From an uncultured delta proteobacterium (GTDB lineage: Bacteria; Myxococcota_A; UBA9160; SMWR01): DNA of 64,000 nt. Position numbers and translations under genes: made by a program. This document shows positions 19,364-30,186 of the stretch, piece after piece. The notes under the pieces are model-generated. The model ran no database searches and was not told the origin of the DNA. It saw nothing but the letters and a program-made list of their open reading frames with translations. Each line of letters opens with the position of its first letter. Position 1 is the first letter of the stretch. Location of the stretch: assembly GCA_963832165.1 (NCBI GenBank), contig CAWHTE010000004.1:96001-160000 (forward strand), given 5' to 3'.

Positions 19364-19780
19364 ATGCTGCAACCCAAGAAGGTCAAACACCGCAAGGTTT
19401 TCAAGGGGCGTATGCGCGGCAAGGCGTACCGCGGATCGACGCTCTCGTTCGGCGAGTACGGGCTCCAGGCGACCGAGCAGTCGCGCGTGACCGCGCGCCA
19501 GATCGAGGCGGCGCGCGTCGCGATGACCCGCCACGTCAAGCGCGGCGGCAAGGTCTGGATCCGGATCTTCCCGGACAAGCCGATCACGAAGAAGCCCGCC
19601 GAGACGCGCATGGGCAAGGGCAAGGGCAACCCCGAAGAGTGGGTAGCCGTCGTGAAACCGGGCCGGATCCTCTACGAGATGGAAGGCGTGACGCCCCAGG
19701 TAGCGCGCCAAGCGCTCAAGCTCGCCGCGAGCAAGCTGCCGCTCGCGACGAGGTTCATCGAGCGGAGCGCGATCCTATGA
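19364..19780 (+). CDS. rplP: 50S ribosomal protein L16
   Basis: [18 protein letters not shown]. Confidence 0.98.
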   Translation: MLQPKKVKHRKVFKGRMRGKAYRGSTLSFGEYGLQATEQSRVTARQIEAARVAMTRHVKRGGKVWIRIFPDKPITKKPAETRMGKGKGNPEEWVAVVKPGRILYEMEGVTPQVARQALKLAASKLPLATRFIERSAIL

Positions 19781-19974
19781 AGGCGAAGGAATGGCGCGAT
19801 CTCAACCTCGAAGAGGTCGAGGCGAAGGCGAGTCAGCTGCGGGGCGAGCTGTTCACGGCACGGATTCGCAAAGAGACCGGACAGCTCGAGAACACGGCGA
19901 AGCTTCGAACGCTTCGCCGCGACATCGCTCGCGCGGAGACGATCCTGCGCGAGCGACGCGGAGCGGGTGAATGA
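19777..19974 (+). CDS. rpmC: 50S ribosomal protein L29
   Basis: [22 protein letters not shown]; position between rplP and rpsQ. Confidence 0.95.
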   Translation: MKAKEWRDLNLEEVEAKASQLRGELFTARIRKETGQLENTAKLRTLRRDIARAETILRERRGAGE

Positions 19975-20234
19975 GCAAACGCGGCATGAGGCGCACGATG
20001 GTCGGCGTGGTCGTGAGCAACAAGATGGACAAGACCGTGGTGGTACGGGTCGAGCGCCTGGTGCAGGACCCCGAGTACAAGAAGTACGTCCGCCGCTATT
20101 CGCGGTTCATGGCCCACGACGAGGCGAATGCCTGCAACGTCGGTGACCAGGTCCAGATCATCGAACACCGGCCGATTTCGAAACGAAAACGCTGGAAGGT
20201 GCAGGCCACCCTCTCGGCGGCGGCCACCGTCTAG
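19971..20234 (+). CDS. rpsQ: 30S ribosomal protein S17
   Basis: [27 protein letters not shown]. Confidence 0.97.
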   Translation: MSKRGMRRTMVGVVVSNKMDKTVVVRVERLVQDPEYKKYVRRYSRFMAHDEANACNVGDQVQIIEHRPISKRKRWKVQATLSAAATV

Positions 20235-20251
20235 AGAATGGACGAGCGATC

Positions 20252-20620
20252 ATGATCCAGGTAGAAACCGTATTGGAAGTCGCCGACAACTCGGGCGCCC
20301 GCAAGGTCGCGTGCATCCGCGTGCTCGGCGGCTCGCGCCGGCGCTATGCGTCGGTGGGCGATCTGATCGTCGTGTCCGTGAAGGACGCGATCCCGAACGC
20401 GCGGGTCAAGAAGGGCGAGGTCCGGCGCGCGGTGGTCGTGCGAACGGCGCGCGCGATCTCGCGCAGCGACGGCTCCTACATCCGCTTCGACGACAACGCG
20501 GCCGTGATCCTGGACAACCAGAAGGAGCCGATCGGCACGCGCATCTTCGGTCCCGTCGCGCGCGAGCTCCGGGCCCGCAAGTTCATGAAGATCATCTCGC
20601 TCGCACCCGAGGTCCTCTGA
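20252..20620 (+). CDS. rplN: 50S ribosomal protein L14
   Basis: [27 protein letters not shown]. Confidence 0.99.
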   Translation: MIQVETVLEVADNSGARKVACIRVLGGSRRRYASVGDLIVVSVKDAIPNARVKKGEVRRAVVVRTARAISRSDGSYIRFDDNAAVILDNQKEPIGTRIFGPVARELRARKFMKIISLAPEVL

Positions 20621-20621
20621 G

Positions 20622-21164
20622 ATGACGCCGCGACTGCTCGAACGATACCGGTCCGAGATCGTACCGAAGCTCTCGCAGGAGTTCGGGTTCAAGAACGTCC
20701 ACCAGGTACCGCGCCTCGAGAAGGTGGTGGTGAACATGGGCGTCGGCAAAGCGACGCAGAACGCGAAACTGATCGAGAAGGCCGCCGAGGAGCTCGCGGC
20801 GATCACGGGCCAGAAGGCCGCGGTCCGGAAGGCGCGCAAGTCGATCGCGAACTTCAAGCTGCGCCAGGGCCAGGCGATCGGCTGCACCGTGACGCTGCGC
20901 GGAACGCGCATGTGGGAGTTCTTCGATCGTCTCGTGAACGTGTCGCTGCCGCGCGTGCGCGACTTCAAGGGCGTCTCGGTCAAGGCATTCGACGGCCGCG
21001 GCAACTTTTCACTGGGGATCCGCGAACAGATCATCTTTCCCGAGATCGACTACGACTCGGTGGAGAACATCACTGGGCTCAACGTCACGGTGGTGACGAG
21101 CGCCCGCAACGACGCCGAGGGCAAGGCGCTGCTCGCGCACCTCGGCATGCCTTTCCGTCCCTGA
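20622..21164 (+). CDS. rplE: 50S ribosomal protein L5
   Basis: [31 protein letters not shown]. Confidence 0.98.
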   Translation: MTPRLLERYRSEIVPKLSQEFGFKNVHQVPRLEKVVVNMGVGKATQNAKLIEKAAEELAAITGQKAAVRKARKSIANFKLRQGQAIGCTVTLRGTRMWEFFDRLVNVSLPRVRDFKGVSVKAFDGRGNFSLGIREQIIFPEIDYDSVENITGLNVTVVTSARNDAEGKALLAHLGMPFRP

Positions 21165-21179
21165 GAGGAACTCCTCCGT

Positions 21180-21575
21180 ATGATGACCGACCCGATCGCC
21201 GACATGTTGACGCGCATCCGCAACGCGGGCTCCGCGCGGCACGCGCAGACTTCGTGCCCTTCCTCGAAGGAGAAGGTCGCGATCGCGACCGTGCTCCAGC
21301 GCGCGGGCTTCCTCGACTCGGTGAAGGTGGAGGAGCGCGACGGCCACCCGAGTCTCGTGCTGGGCATCCGCTACGACGAGGCGGGGCGGCCGCTGATCGA
21401 CGGCATCCAGCGCGTGAGCAAGCCCGGGCGACGCGTGTACGTGGGCAAGGAGGAGCTGCCGCGCGTGCGCAACGGGCTCGGCGTGGCCGTGATCTCCACC
21501 TCGCGCGGAGTGCTCTCGGACCGCGAAGCCCGCGAGCAGAGCCTCGGCGGCGAGCTGCTCTGTGAGGTCTGGTAG
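21180..21575 (+). CDS. rpsH: 30S ribosomal protein S8
   Basis: TDPIADMLTRIRNA, SKPGRRVY, GGELLCEVW. Confidence 0.98.
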   Translation: MMTDPIADMLTRIRNAGSARHAQTSCPSSKEKVAIATVLQRAGFLDSVKVEERDGHPSLVLGIRYDEAGRPLIDGIQRVSKPGRRVYVGKEELPRVRNGLGVAVISTSRGVLSDREAREQSLGGELLCEVW

Positions 21576-21577
21576 GC

Positions 21578-22126
21578 ATGTCGCGCATCGGTAATCGACC
21601 CGTCGAGATCCCCTCCGGTGTCACCGTCGACAAGATCGACGGCGGCGTCCGCGTGAAGGGTCCGAAGGGCACGCTCTCCGAGCAGCTGCCCCCGACGATC
21701 GGCGTGGAGATCGAGAGCGGGCAGGTCGTGTTCCGCCGCGCCGACAACAGCGGGCCGACCCGCGCGCTGCACGGGCTCGTACGGGCGCTCGTGAACAACA
21801 TGGTGAAGGGCGTGCAGGCGCCGTTCGTGCGCGAGCTCGAGATCCAGGGTGTCGGCTATCGCGCCGAGGCGTCGGGCAAGAAGCTCACGATGCTGCTCGG
21901 CTACTCGCATCCGATCGAGGTCCCGGTGCCCGAAGGGCTGTCGGTCTCCGTCGATCGCAACGTGATCGTCCGGATCGAGGGAATCGATCGCCGCCGGGTC
22001 GGGCAGTTCGCGGCCGACATCCGCGCGCTGCGCCCGCCGGAGCCCTACAAGGGCAAAGGGGTCCGGTACATCGACGAGCGCGTGCGGCGCAAGGTCGGCA
22101 AGGCGGCTGCCGGCTCGGCGGGTTGA
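21578..22126 (+). CDS. rplF: 50S ribosomal protein L6
   Basis: MSRIG, GVGYRA, RPPEPYKGKG. Confidence 0.98.
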   Translation: MSRIGNRPVEIPSGVTVDKIDGGVRVKGPKGTLSEQLPPTIGVEIESGQVVFRRADNSGPTRALHGLVRALVNNMVKGVQAPFVRELEIQGVGYRAEASGKKLTMLLGYSHPIEVPVPEGLSVSVDRNVIVRIEGIDRRRVGQFAADIRALRPPEPYKGKGVRYIDERVRRKVGKAAAGSAG

Positions 22127-22199
22127 CGGTAAGCGGAGTGCGCAGCGAACCGCAGGCGAGCGGACATCATTAGGTCGGGCGCGCGGAGACAAACGAGCG

Positions 22200-22568
22200 A
22201 TGAAACGCAAGATTCGAGACGAGGCCGATCGCAAGTGGCAGCTGCGCAAGCGGCGCAGCGCGGGATCCGTGTCGCGCAGCACGCGCGCGCGCGTGACCGT
22301 GTTTCGCAGCGCGCGCCACATCTATGCGCAGCTCATCGACGCGACTTCGGGGCGCACGATCGGGTCCGTGTCGAGCCGCTCGAAGGCGATCGTCGGCGAC
22401 GGCCAGACCGGCAACGTCGAGGCCGCGAAGAAGGTGGGCGCCGCGCTCGCGGCGCTCGCGCGCGAGCACCAGATCCAGGAGGCCGTGTTCAACCGGAACG
22501 GCTTCCTCTACCACGGACGCGTCAAGGCGCTCGCCGACGCAGCCCGCGAGGCCGGGCTTCGGTTCTAG
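22200..22568 (+). CDS. rplR: 50S ribosomal protein L18
   Basis: VFRSARHIYAQLID, YHGRVKALADAAREAGL. Confidence 0.96.
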   Translation: MKRKIRDEADRKWQLRKRRSAGSVSRSTRARVTVFRSARHIYAQLIDATSGRTIGSVSSRSKAIVGDGQTGNVEAAKKVGAALAALAREHQIQEAVFNRNGFLYHGRVKALADAAREAGLRF

Positions 22569-22606
22569 TGGCGAAGCCGCCAACTCCAAACGATTCGAAG
22601 GAATGA

Positions 22607-23095
22607 ATGCCGCAACTCAATGCAAATGACTACGAGCTGACCGATCGCGTCGTGCACATCAACCGCGTCGCGAAGGTGGTGAAGGGCGGACGCCGCTTCA
22701 ACTTCAGCGCACTCGTGGTGGTCGGAGACGGTGCGGGCGTGGTCGGTGCCGGGTACGGCAAGGCCGGCGAGGTGCCCGAGGCGATCCGAAAGGGCATCGA
22801 GCGCGCGCGCAAGTCGCTGATCGAAGTGCCGCTCCAGGACGGACGCACGCTGCCGCACGAGATCATTGGCCACTTCGGCGCCGCGCGCGTGCTGCTCAAG
22901 CCGGCTGCGCCCGGCACGGGCGTGATCGCGGGCGGCCCCGTGCGCGCGGTGCTCGAGGCGGCCGGCGTCCACGACGTGCTCACGAAGACGCTCGGCACGA
23001 GCAACCCGATCAACGTCGTGCGCGCGACGATGACGGCGTTGCTCGAGCTCCGCGATCCCGAAGAGCGGCTCGCCCAGCTGCAGGGGAACGTGTGA
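22607..23095 (+). CDS. rpsE: 30S ribosomal protein S5
   Basis: [23 protein letters not shown]. Confidence 0.98.
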   Translation: MPQLNANDYELTDRVVHINRVAKVVKGGRRFNFSALVVVGDGAGVVGAGYGKAGEVPEAIRKGIERARKSLIEVPLQDGRTLPHEIIGHFGAARVLLKPAAPGTGVIAGGPVRAVLEAAGVHDVLTKTLGTSNPINVVRATMTALLELRDPEERLAQLQGNV

Positions 23096-23325
23096 TGGCG
23101 CCGCAAGTTTCGAGCAGCGAGAAGGCGGGCGAAGGCCAGAAGGCGGGCAAGACGGTCTCGGTGCGCTGGGTGAAGAGCCAGATCGGATTCGATCAGCGCC
23201 AGCGCGCAACGCTGCGCGGGCTCGGTTTCCGGCGCCTGAACCAGCGCGTGCAGCTCGAGGATACGCCCTCGATCCGCGGGATGATCTACAAGGTGCGCCA
23301 CCTCGTCGTGGTGGAGGAAGGCTGA
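23095..23325 (+). CDS. rpmD: 50S ribosomal protein L30
   Basis: [27 protein letters not shown]. Confidence 0.95.
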   Translation: MAPQVSSSEKAGEGQKAGKTVSVRWVKSQIGFDQRQRATLRGLGFRRLNQRVQLEDTPSIRGMIYKVRHLVVVEEG

Positions 23326-23768
23326 TGCTCGATCGACTCTCGCCGCGACCGAACTCGCGTCGAAAGATCAAGCGCGTGGGCCGCGGGCCCGGCTCCGGCA
23401 ACGGCAAGACCTCGGGCCGCGGCGTCAAAGGGCAGGGCAAGCGCTCGACCGGACGCGAGACCCCGTTCCATTTCGAGGGCGGTCAGATGCCGCTCGTGCG
23501 GCGCGTGCCCAAGCGCGGCTTCCACAGCCTGTTCGGCACCACCTACCGGATCATCAACGTCGGCTCGCTCAAGCCCTACGGCGACGGCGGCGAGGTGGAT
23601 CCCACGAACCTCGAGCGGCGCGGGCTCGTCGAGCACGGGCGCGGCGGCGTGAAGCTGCTCGCCGAGGGCGAGCCGCCGCGCAATCTGCGCGTGAAGGTGC
23701 ACCAGGTCAGCGCTGCGGCGCGCAGGAAGATCGAAGAGGCGGGTGGCTCGGTGGAGCTCCTCGGATGA
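23325..23768 (+). CDS. rplO: 50S ribosomal protein L15
   Basis: RVGRGPGSGNGKTSGRG, FEGGQMPL..PKRGF. Confidence 0.97.
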   Translation: MLDRLSPRPNSRRKIKRVGRGPGSGNGKTSGRGVKGQGKRSTGRETPFHFEGGQMPLVRRVPKRGFHSLFGTTYRIINVGSLKPYGDGGEVDPTNLERRGLVEHGRGGVKLLAEGEPPRNLRVKVHQVSAAARRKIEEAGGSVELLG

Positions 23769-25075
23769 TCGCTGGCGTCCAGAACATCGGGAGGATCACG
23801 GAGCTCCGGCAACGGATCCTCTTCACGTTCGGGATGCTCGCGGTCTACCGCGTGGGCGCGTACATCGTCACGCCCGGCATCGATCCCGAGGTCGTGCGCA
23901 ACTTCTTTGCGCAGATGCAGGGAACGATCTTCGGCCTGTTCACGCTGTTCTCGGGCGGAGCGCTCGAGCAGCTCTCGATCTTCTCGCTGGGCATCATGCC
24001 CTACATCAGCGCCTCGATCATCTTCCAGCTGCTCACGATCGTGATCCCGCAGCTCGAGGAGCTCAAGAAGGAAGGCGAGCAGGGTCAGCGTCGGATCAAC
24101 CAGTTCACGCGTTATGCGACGATCGGGCTCGCGCTGTTCCAGGGCTTCCTGCTCGCGGTCGCGCTCGAGAACGGCCAGTTCGGCGCGGGTGCGGTCACGA
24201 ACCCGGGCTGGGCCTTCCGGATCATGTGCGCGCTCACGCTCACCACGGGCACCGCATTCATCATGTGGCTGGGCGAGCAGATCACCGAGCGCGGCATCGG
24301 CAACGGAATCTCGCTGATCATCTTCGCGGGCATCATCATCCGGATCCCGTCGGCGATCGCGAATCTGTTCGACCTGATCAGCACCGACCAGTTCTCTCTG
24401 CTCCAGACCGTTGTGTTCGCCGCGATGGCGGTCTTCGTGGTGTTCCTCGTGATCATCGTCGAGCGCGGCCAGCGCCGGATCCCGATCCAGCACGCGCGGC
24501 GCGTGGTGGGAAAGCGCGTCCAGCAGGGCGGCATGACCTACTTCCCGCTGCGCGTGAACACGGCGGGCGTGATCCCCGCGATCTTCGCGTCGTCGCTGCT
24601 GCTCTTCCCGCTCACGGTCGGCCAGTTCACCAACACGCCCGCGGTCGAGCAGTTCATCCAGGACTACATGAATCCGGGCGGCTGGGTGTACGAGGGGATC
24701 TACGTCGGGCTGATCGTCTTCTTCACCTACTTCTACACGGCGATCATGATCAACCCGGTCGACGTCGCCGAGAACATCAAGCGCTCGGGCGCGTACATTC
24801 CGGGCATCCGGCCCGGCAAGAAGACCGCCGAGTACATCGACCGCATCCTCTCGCGGATCACGCTGGTCGGCGCGCTCTACATCTCGGCCGTGTGCGTGCT
24901 GCCGACGCTCCTCGCCACCCGCATGGGGCTCCCGTTCCAGTACGGCGGAACGGCGCTCCTGATCGTGGTGGGCGTCGGACTCGACACGATTGCCCAGATC
25001 GAGGCGCACCTCGTCTCGCGCCAGTACGAAGGCTTCGCGCAGGGCGCGCGGATCCGGGGACGGTTGCAGCGATGA
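23765..25075 (+). CDS. secY: preprotein translocase subunit SecY
   Basis: SIFSLGIMPYISASII, WLGEQITERGIGNG, IPGIRPG; multi-pass membrane protein. Confidence 0.99.
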   Translation: MIAGVQNIGRITELRQRILFTFGMLAVYRVGAYIVTPGIDPEVVRNFFAQMQGTIFGLFTLFSGGALEQLSIFSLGIMPYISASIIFQLLTIVIPQLEELKKEGEQGQRRINQFTRYATIGLALFQGFLLAVALENGQFGAGAVTNPGWAFRIMCALTLTTGTAFIMWLGEQITERGIGNGISLIIFAGIIIRIPSAIANLFDLISTDQFSLLQTVVFAAMAVFVVFLVIIVERGQRRIPIQHARRVVGKRVQQGGMTYFPLRVNTAGVIPAIFASSLLLFPLTVGQFTNTPAVEQFIQDYMNPGGWVYEGIYVGLIVFFTYFYTAIMINPVDVAENIKRSGAYIPGIRPGKKTAEYIDRILSRITLVGALYISAVCVLPTLLATRMGLPFQYGGTALLIVVGVGLDTIAQIEAHLVSRQYEGFAQGARIRGRLQR

Positions 25076-25641
25076 CCGCGCGGCGCCTACTCATGTTGGG
25101 CCCCCCCGGGGCCGGGAAGGGCACCCAGGCGCAGCGTCTGGTGCAGAAGCTCGGGGTGCCGCAGATCTCGACGGGCGACATGCTGCGCGCGGCGGTCGCC
25201 GGAAAGACCGCGATGGGTCTCCTGGCGCAGGCGGTGATGGCGCGCGGCGACCTCGTGTCCGACGACATCGTGATCGCCGTGGCCGAGCAGCGCCTCGCTG
25301 CTGCCGACGCGCGGCGCGGCTTCATCCTCGACGGCTTTCCGCGCACGCCAGGCCAGGCGGCTGCGCTCGACGCCATGCTCGGGCGCCTCGGCACGCCGCT
25401 CGAGCGCTGCATCGCGCTCTCCCTCGACGACGACACCATCGTGCGCCGACTGCTCAAGCGCGCCGAGATCGAGGGCCGCAGCGACGACAACGAGGAGACG
25501 GTCCGCAAGCGCTTGAAGGTCTACCAGTCGCAGACCGAGCCGCTGATCGCCCACTACTCGCCGCAGGGCATCGTGCGCGCCGTGGACGGCAACGCGAGCG
25601 TCGACGAGGTGGCGAAGCGGATCGAGGAGGCGCTGTCGTGA
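25072..25641 (+). CDS. adk: adenylate kinase (short-LID type)
   Basis: GPPGAGKGTQA, ISTGDMLR, LDGFPRT, GRSDDN. Confidence 0.96.
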   Translation: MTARRLLMLGPPGAGKGTQAQRLVQKLGVPQISTGDMLRAAVAGKTAMGLLAQAVMARGDLVSDDIVIAVAEQRLAAADARRGFILDGFPRTPGQAAALDAMLGRLGTPLERCIALSLDDDTIVRRLLKRAEIEGRSDDNEETVRKRLKVYQSQTEPLIAHYSPQGIVRAVDGNASVDEVAKRIEEALS

Positions 25642-26429
25642 TGTCCTATCGCGAGCGGATCCCGATCAAGACGAAGCGCGAGCTCGAGACGATGCGCGAG
25701 GCCGCCCGCCACGTGGCCGAGATCCTGCTCGAGCTGCGGGAGCGGGTGAAGCCCGGCATCACCACGGCCGAGCTGGATCGGTTCGCCGAGAAGTCGATTT
25801 CGGCTCGGGGTGTGCGCTCGTCGTTCAAGGGCTACGATCCGCACGGCCTACCCAAGTATCCGGCCGTCCTCTGCGTCTCCGTCAACGACGAGATCGTCCA
25901 CGGCATCCCCGGACCGCGAGAGCTCGCGGAAGGGGACATCGTGAGTCTCGACTTCGGTGTCTCGGTGGATGGCTACCACGGTGATTCGGCCGTGACGGTG
26001 CCGGTCGGAGAGATCTCGGACGATGCGAAGCGGCTGCTGGAGGTTTCCCGGCAGTCCCTGAACGACGCGATGGAGGTGATGAAGCCCGGGGCCCGTCTGT
26101 CGGACCTCGGAAACGCTGTGCAGCGGACGGCCGAGGCCGCCGGCTTCTCGGTCGTGCGCGAGTTTGCGGGGCACGGGATCGGTCGCGCGCTCCACGAGCC
26201 GCCCTGGATCCCGAACTACGGTCACCCGGGACGCGGGCCGCGACTGCTGCCCGGCATGGTATTCGCGGTGGAGCCGATGCTCACCGCGGGCCGACCCGAT
26301 GTGCGAATGCTCGACGACGATTGGACCGCGGTGACCGCGGACGGGTCGCTGGCCGCCCATTTCGAGCACACGATTCTCGTGACCGAGGATGGCAGCGAGA
26401 CGCTCACGCGGATCGCGGGATCCCACTGA
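25641..26429 (+). CDS. map: type I methionyl aminopeptidase
   Basis: [32 protein letters not shown]. Confidence 0.97.
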   Translation: MSYRERIPIKTKRELETMREAARHVAEILLELRERVKPGITTAELDRFAEKSISARGVRSSFKGYDPHGLPKYPAVLCVSVNDEIVHGIPGPRELAEGDIVSLDFGVSVDGYHGDSAVTVPVGEISDDAKRLLEVSRQSLNDAMEVMKPGARLSDLGNAVQRTAEAAGFSVVREFAGHGIGRALHEPPWIPNYGHPGRGPRLLPGMVFAVEPMLTAGRPDVRMLDDDWTAVTADGSLAAHFEHTILVTEDGSETLTRIAGSH

Positions 26430-26442
26430 TTCGAGGCATGTG

Positions 26443-26556
26443 ATGAAGGTGAGAGCTTCCGTCAAGAAGATCTGTGCGAAGTGCCGCGTCGTCCGGCGCG
26501 GCGGGGTGATCCGCATCATCTGCGAGAACCCCAAGCACAAGCAGCGACAAGGCTAG
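26443..26556 (+). CDS. rpmJ: 50S ribosomal protein L36 (Zn-ribbon form); not in the ORF track
   Basis: read directly: [37 protein letters not shown]. Confidence 0.97.
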   Translation: MKVRASVKKICAKCRVVRRGGVIRIICENPKHKQRQG

Positions 26557-26565
26557 GAGCACGCC

Positions 26566-26949
26566 ATGGCACGCATCGCTGGAGTCGACCTGCCGCGCAA
26601 CAAGCGGATCGAGATCGCACTGACCTACATCCACGGCATCGGGCACACGAGCGCCGCAAAGATCTGCGCGAAGGCCGACGTTCCGCCGGAGACCAAGACC
26701 GAACGCCTCGCCGACAGCGAGCTCGTGCGGCTGCGCGAGGTGATCGAGCACGACTTCACGGTCGAGGGCGATCTGCGCCGCGAGACCGCGCAGAACGTCA
26801 AGATGCTGATGGACATCGGCTGCTACCGCGGCCTGCGCCATCGCCGCGGGTTGCCGGTGCGCGGCCAGCGCACGCACACCAACGCGCGCACGCGGAAGGG
26901 TCCGGTGAAGACGGTGGCCGGCAAGAAGCAGGCGATCACGAAGAAGTAG
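26566..26949 (+). CDS. rpsM: 30S ribosomal protein S13
   Basis: [27 protein letters not shown]. Confidence 0.99.
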   Translation: MARIAGVDLPRNKRIEIALTYIHGIGHTSAAKICAKADVPPETKTERLADSELVRLREVIEHDFTVEGDLRRETAQNVKMLMDIGCYRGLRHRRGLPVRGQRTHTNARTRKGPVKTVAGKKQAITKK

Positions 26950-27011
26950 CAGGCCGCAAGTTTCACGAAGACCATCAGGTAGGCGAGCGCAGACCATCAG
27001 GAGAGTGAACC

Positions 27012-27392
27012 GTGGTGAAGGCCGGGAAGAAGAAGGTCAAGAAGAGCGTCCAGTCGGGTGTGGTGCACATCCAGTCGACGTTCAACAACACGATCATCTC
27101 GATCACGGATCCGTCCGGCGGCGTGCTCGCGTGGTCGAGCTCGGGCGGAGCCGGATTCAAGGGATCGCGCAAGTCGACGCCGTTCGCGGCCCAGGTGGCC
27201 GCGGAAGATTGCGCGAAGAAGGCGATGGAGCACGGAGTTCGACAGGCCTCCGTGTACGTCAAGGGCCCGGGTGCCGGCCGCGAGTCGGCGGTTCGCGCGA
27301 TCCAGGCGGCGGGGATCAAGGTGTCGTTGATCAGGGACGTCACCCCGATTCCCCACAACGGTTGTCGGCCGAAGAAGCGGCGACGCGTCTAG
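27012..27392 (+). CDS. rpsK: 30S ribosomal protein S11
   Basis: [28 protein letters not shown]. Confidence 0.98.
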   Translation: MVKAGKKKVKKSVQSGVVHIQSTFNNTIISITDPSGGVLAWSSSGGAGFKGSRKSTPFAAQVAAEDCAKKAMEHGVRQASVYVKGPGAGRESAVRAIQAAGIKVSLIRDVTPIPHNGCRPKKRRRV

Positions 27393-27405
27393 AGGACATC
27401 GAATA

Positions 27406-28032
27406 ATGGCTCGCTACAACGATGCGGTGTGTCGGCTCTGCCGTCGGGAGGGCACCAAGCTCTTCCTGAAGGGCGACCGCTGCTTCACCCCCAAGTGCGG
27501 CGTCGAGCGCCGCAGCTATCCGCCCGGACAGCACGGCCAGGGCAGGACGCGCTTCTCCGACTTCGGCGTGCAGCTGCGCGAGAAGCAGAAGGTCCGCCGC
27601 ATGTACGGCCTGCTCGAGAAGCAGTTCGCTCGCACGATGGACCGGGCGGCGCACATGAAGGGCCGCACGGGCGAGAATCTGCTCGTGTTGCTCGAGCGGC
27701 GGCTCGACAACATCGTGTTCCGGCTCGGCTTCGCGACGTCGCGCGCGGAAGCGCGTCAGCTCGTGCGCCACGGCCACTTCACGGTGAACGGGCGCAAAGC
27801 GAGCATCCCGTCGATGCTCTTGCGCGCGGGCGACGTCGTGATCCTGCGCGAGGGATCGCGCGAGATCGTGCGCATCACCGCCGCGCTCGAGGCGCTCGAA
27901 GGCAAGAGCGTCCCGGGCTGGCTCGACATCGACAAGACGAACTTCGCCGGCTCGGTGAAGCAGCTTCCGGTTCGCGAAGACATCACGATGCCCATTCAGG
28001 AACAGCTCATCGTCGAGCTGTACTCGCGCTAG
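27406..28032 (+). CDS. rpsD: 30S ribosomal protein S4 (Zn-binding form)
   Basis: [29 protein letters not shown]. Confidence 0.98.
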   Translation: MARYNDAVCRLCRREGTKLFLKGDRCFTPKCGVERRSYPPGQHGQGRTRFSDFGVQLREKQKVRRMYGLLEKQFARTMDRAAHMKGRTGENLLVLLERRLDNIVFRLGFATSRAEARQLVRHGHFTVNGRKASIPSMLLRAGDVVILREGSREIVRITAALEALEGKSVPGWLDIDKTNFAGSVKQLPVREDITMPIQEQLIVELYSR

Positions 28033-28097
28033 TCGCCCGTTTCGGCAAATTTCGCGCACCGAGCCGGAAACGAGCGAAGTCCATCAGAGAGGGATTC

Positions 28098-29111
28098 ATG
28101 GAACGACAGGAAACGATTGCAAAGAATTGGCGGGAGCTGATCCGCCCCCGCGAGCTGGAGACGGACGGAGGCGAGTCCTACGGGAAGTTCGCCTGCGAGC
28201 CGCTCGAGCGCGGATTCGGCCTGACGCTCGGCAACGCGCTGCGGCGCGTGCTCTTGTCGTCGCTGCAGGGCGCCGCGATCACGTCCGTGAAGATCGGCGG
28301 CGTGCTGCACGAGTTCTCGACGATTCCGGGCGTGATGGAAGACGTCGCCGACATCGTGCTGAACCTCAAGGAGGTTCGGCTGCGCCTGCACGGCGAGGGG
28401 CCGAAGATCCTGCGCGTGCACCAGAAGGGCCAGGGCGTGCTGCGCGCGGGCGACCTCTCCGAGGACCCGACCGTCGAGGTGATGAACCCCGACAAGAAGG
28501 TCGCCACGCTCTCCGCCGACGCCGACGTCGAGCTCGAGATCACGGTCGACACCGGCAAGGGCTACGTGGGCGCGGAGAAGAACAAGTCCGAGGACATGCC
28601 GATCGGCACGATCCCGATCGACTCGATCTTCTCACCGGTCCACAAGGTCAACTACACCGTCACCCCCGCGCGCGTCGGCCGCGAGACCGACTTCGACCGC
28701 CTGTCGCTCGAGATCTGGACCGACGGCACGCTCGCGGCCGTGGATGCTCTCGCGTACGCGGCGAAGATCCTCAAGGAGCAGCTCGCGATCTTCATCAACT
28801 TCGAGGAGCCGTCCGAATCCCACCTGCCGATGATCGAGGAGTCGCGGCCGCTCAATCCGCACCTGTTCAAGTCGGTGGACGAGCTCGAGCTCTCGGTGCG
28901 CTCGGCGAATTGCCTCCAGAACGCGAACATCCGGCTGATCGGCGAGCTCGTGCAGCGCACCGAAGGCGAGATGCTCAAGACCAAGAACTTCGGACGCAAG
29001 TCGCTCAACGAGATCAAGGAAGTGCTCGCGAGCATGGGACTCGAGCTCGGCATGCGGCTCGAGGGCTTCCCGACGCGCGCCGAGATCGAGCGGATGCGGG
29101 AGCGCGACTAG
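28098..29111 (+). CDS. rpoA: RNA polymerase subunit alpha
   Basis: [36 protein letters not shown]. Confidence 0.98.
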   Translation: MERQETIAKNWRELIRPRELETDGGESYGKFACEPLERGFGLTLGNALRRVLLSSLQGAAITSVKIGGVLHEFSTIPGVMEDVADIVLNLKEVRLRLHGEGPKILRVHQKGQGVLRAGDLSEDPTVEVMNPDKKVATLSADADVELEITVDTGKGYVGAEKNKSEDMPIGTIPIDSIFSPVHKVNYTVTPARVGRETDFDRLSLEIWTDGTLAAVDALAYAAKILKEQLAIFINFEEPSESHLPMIEESRPLNPHLFKSVDELELSVRSANCLQNANIRLIGELVQRTEGEMLKTKNFGRKSLNEIKEVLASMGLELGMRLEGFPTRAEIERMRERD

Positions 29112-29114
29112 CTC

Positions 29115-29648
29115 ATGCGCCATCGCCTCAATACGCGCAAGTTCGGGCGCACGTCGGCACACCGGGTGTCGATGTTCCGAAACATGGTCTCGTCGCTGAT
29201 CGAGCACGAGAAGATCGAGACCACCCACGAGAAGGCGCGCGAAGTGGGCCGTCTGGCCGAGCACATGATCACGCTCGGCAAGCGCGGAGATCTGCACTCG
29301 CGACGCCAGGCGCTGCGCGTGGTGCGCGGGCGCGAGGTACACGCGAAGCTGTTCGGCGAGCTCGCCGAGCGCTTTGCAGATCGCACCGGCGGCTACACGC
29401 GCGTGCTGCGCACGCGTCGGCGCGCCGGCGATGCGTCCGAAATGTCGATCGTGTCGCTGCTCGAGTCGGCTCCGGCCGCGAAGGCGTCCGTGGAGAAGGG
29501 CGAGGCGGCTCCGAAGAAGAAGAAGGCCGCCGCGAAGAAGGCCCCGGCCAAGAAGGCCGAGAAGCCCGCGAAGAAGAAGACGGGCACCAAGAAGGCCGCC
29601 GCGAAGAAGAGCACGCGCAAGAAGAAGTCCTCCGCCAAGGACGAGTGA
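29115..29648 (+). CDS. rplQ: 50S ribosomal protein L17 with Lys/Ala-rich C-terminal tail
   Basis: MRHR..GRTSAHR..GGYTRV..GDA, then about 55 aa rich in KKAAAKKAPAKK. Confidence 0.97.
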   Translation: MRHRLNTRKFGRTSAHRVSMFRNMVSSLIEHEKIETTHEKAREVGRLAEHMITLGKRGDLHSRRQALRVVRGREVHAKLFGELAERFADRTGGYTRVLRTRRRAGDASEMSIVSLLESAPAAKASVEKGEAAPKKKKAAAKKAPAKKAEKPAKKKTGTKKAAAKKSTRKKKSSAKDE

Positions 29649-29654
29649 TCGCGC

Positions 29655-30186
29655 GTGCGCGCCGGCGCGTGGGTACTCGCAGCGGTCGTGGCAGGCGCGA
29701 TCGGCTTTGCGATCTGGACCGGCTCGAGCGTCCCCGATCCGATCGGCCGCGGCAGCGCGGCGCCCGCGTTCACGCTGCCCGAGCGGCCCGGACCCGGCGA
29801 GATCTCGCTGGCTTCGCTGCGCGGCGCAGGTGGTGCTGCTCAACTTCTGGGCCACCTGGTGCGAGCCGTGCGAGCGCGAGATGCCCGCGATGAAGCGGCT
29901 CCACGAGAAGCTCGCGCCCGCGGGCCTGAAGCTCGTCGCGGTATCGGTCGACGAAACCAGCGAGCCGGTCGATCAGTTCCGCGAGCGCTTCCAGCTCACG
30001 TTTCCGATCCTCTGGGACTCCGATAAACGCATCTCCGACGCCTATCAGACCTATCGCTACCCCGAGACGTTCCTGATCGGCCGCGACGGCGTCGTGATCG
30101 AGCGCTACATCGGACCGCGCGAGTGGGACTCTCCGCTCTACGAGGCGCGACTGCGGCAGCTGCTCGAAGGGAAGGACGCGTCGTGA
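29655..30186 (+). CDS. TlpA/ResA-family membrane-anchored thioredoxin, +1 frame break at about 29826
   Basis: N-terminal TM and APAFTLP in one frame; VVLLNFWATWCEPCEREMP..YPETFLIGRDG..IGP in the next. Confidence 0.88.

Noticed and set aside
25072..25641. Adenylate kinase lacking the long LID domain
   Set aside because: Short-LID adenylate kinases are a known, common variant
26430..26442. infA absent between map and rpmJ
   Set aside because: infA lies outside this operon in many bacteria, so this is not comparable to the loss of rplC or rplX
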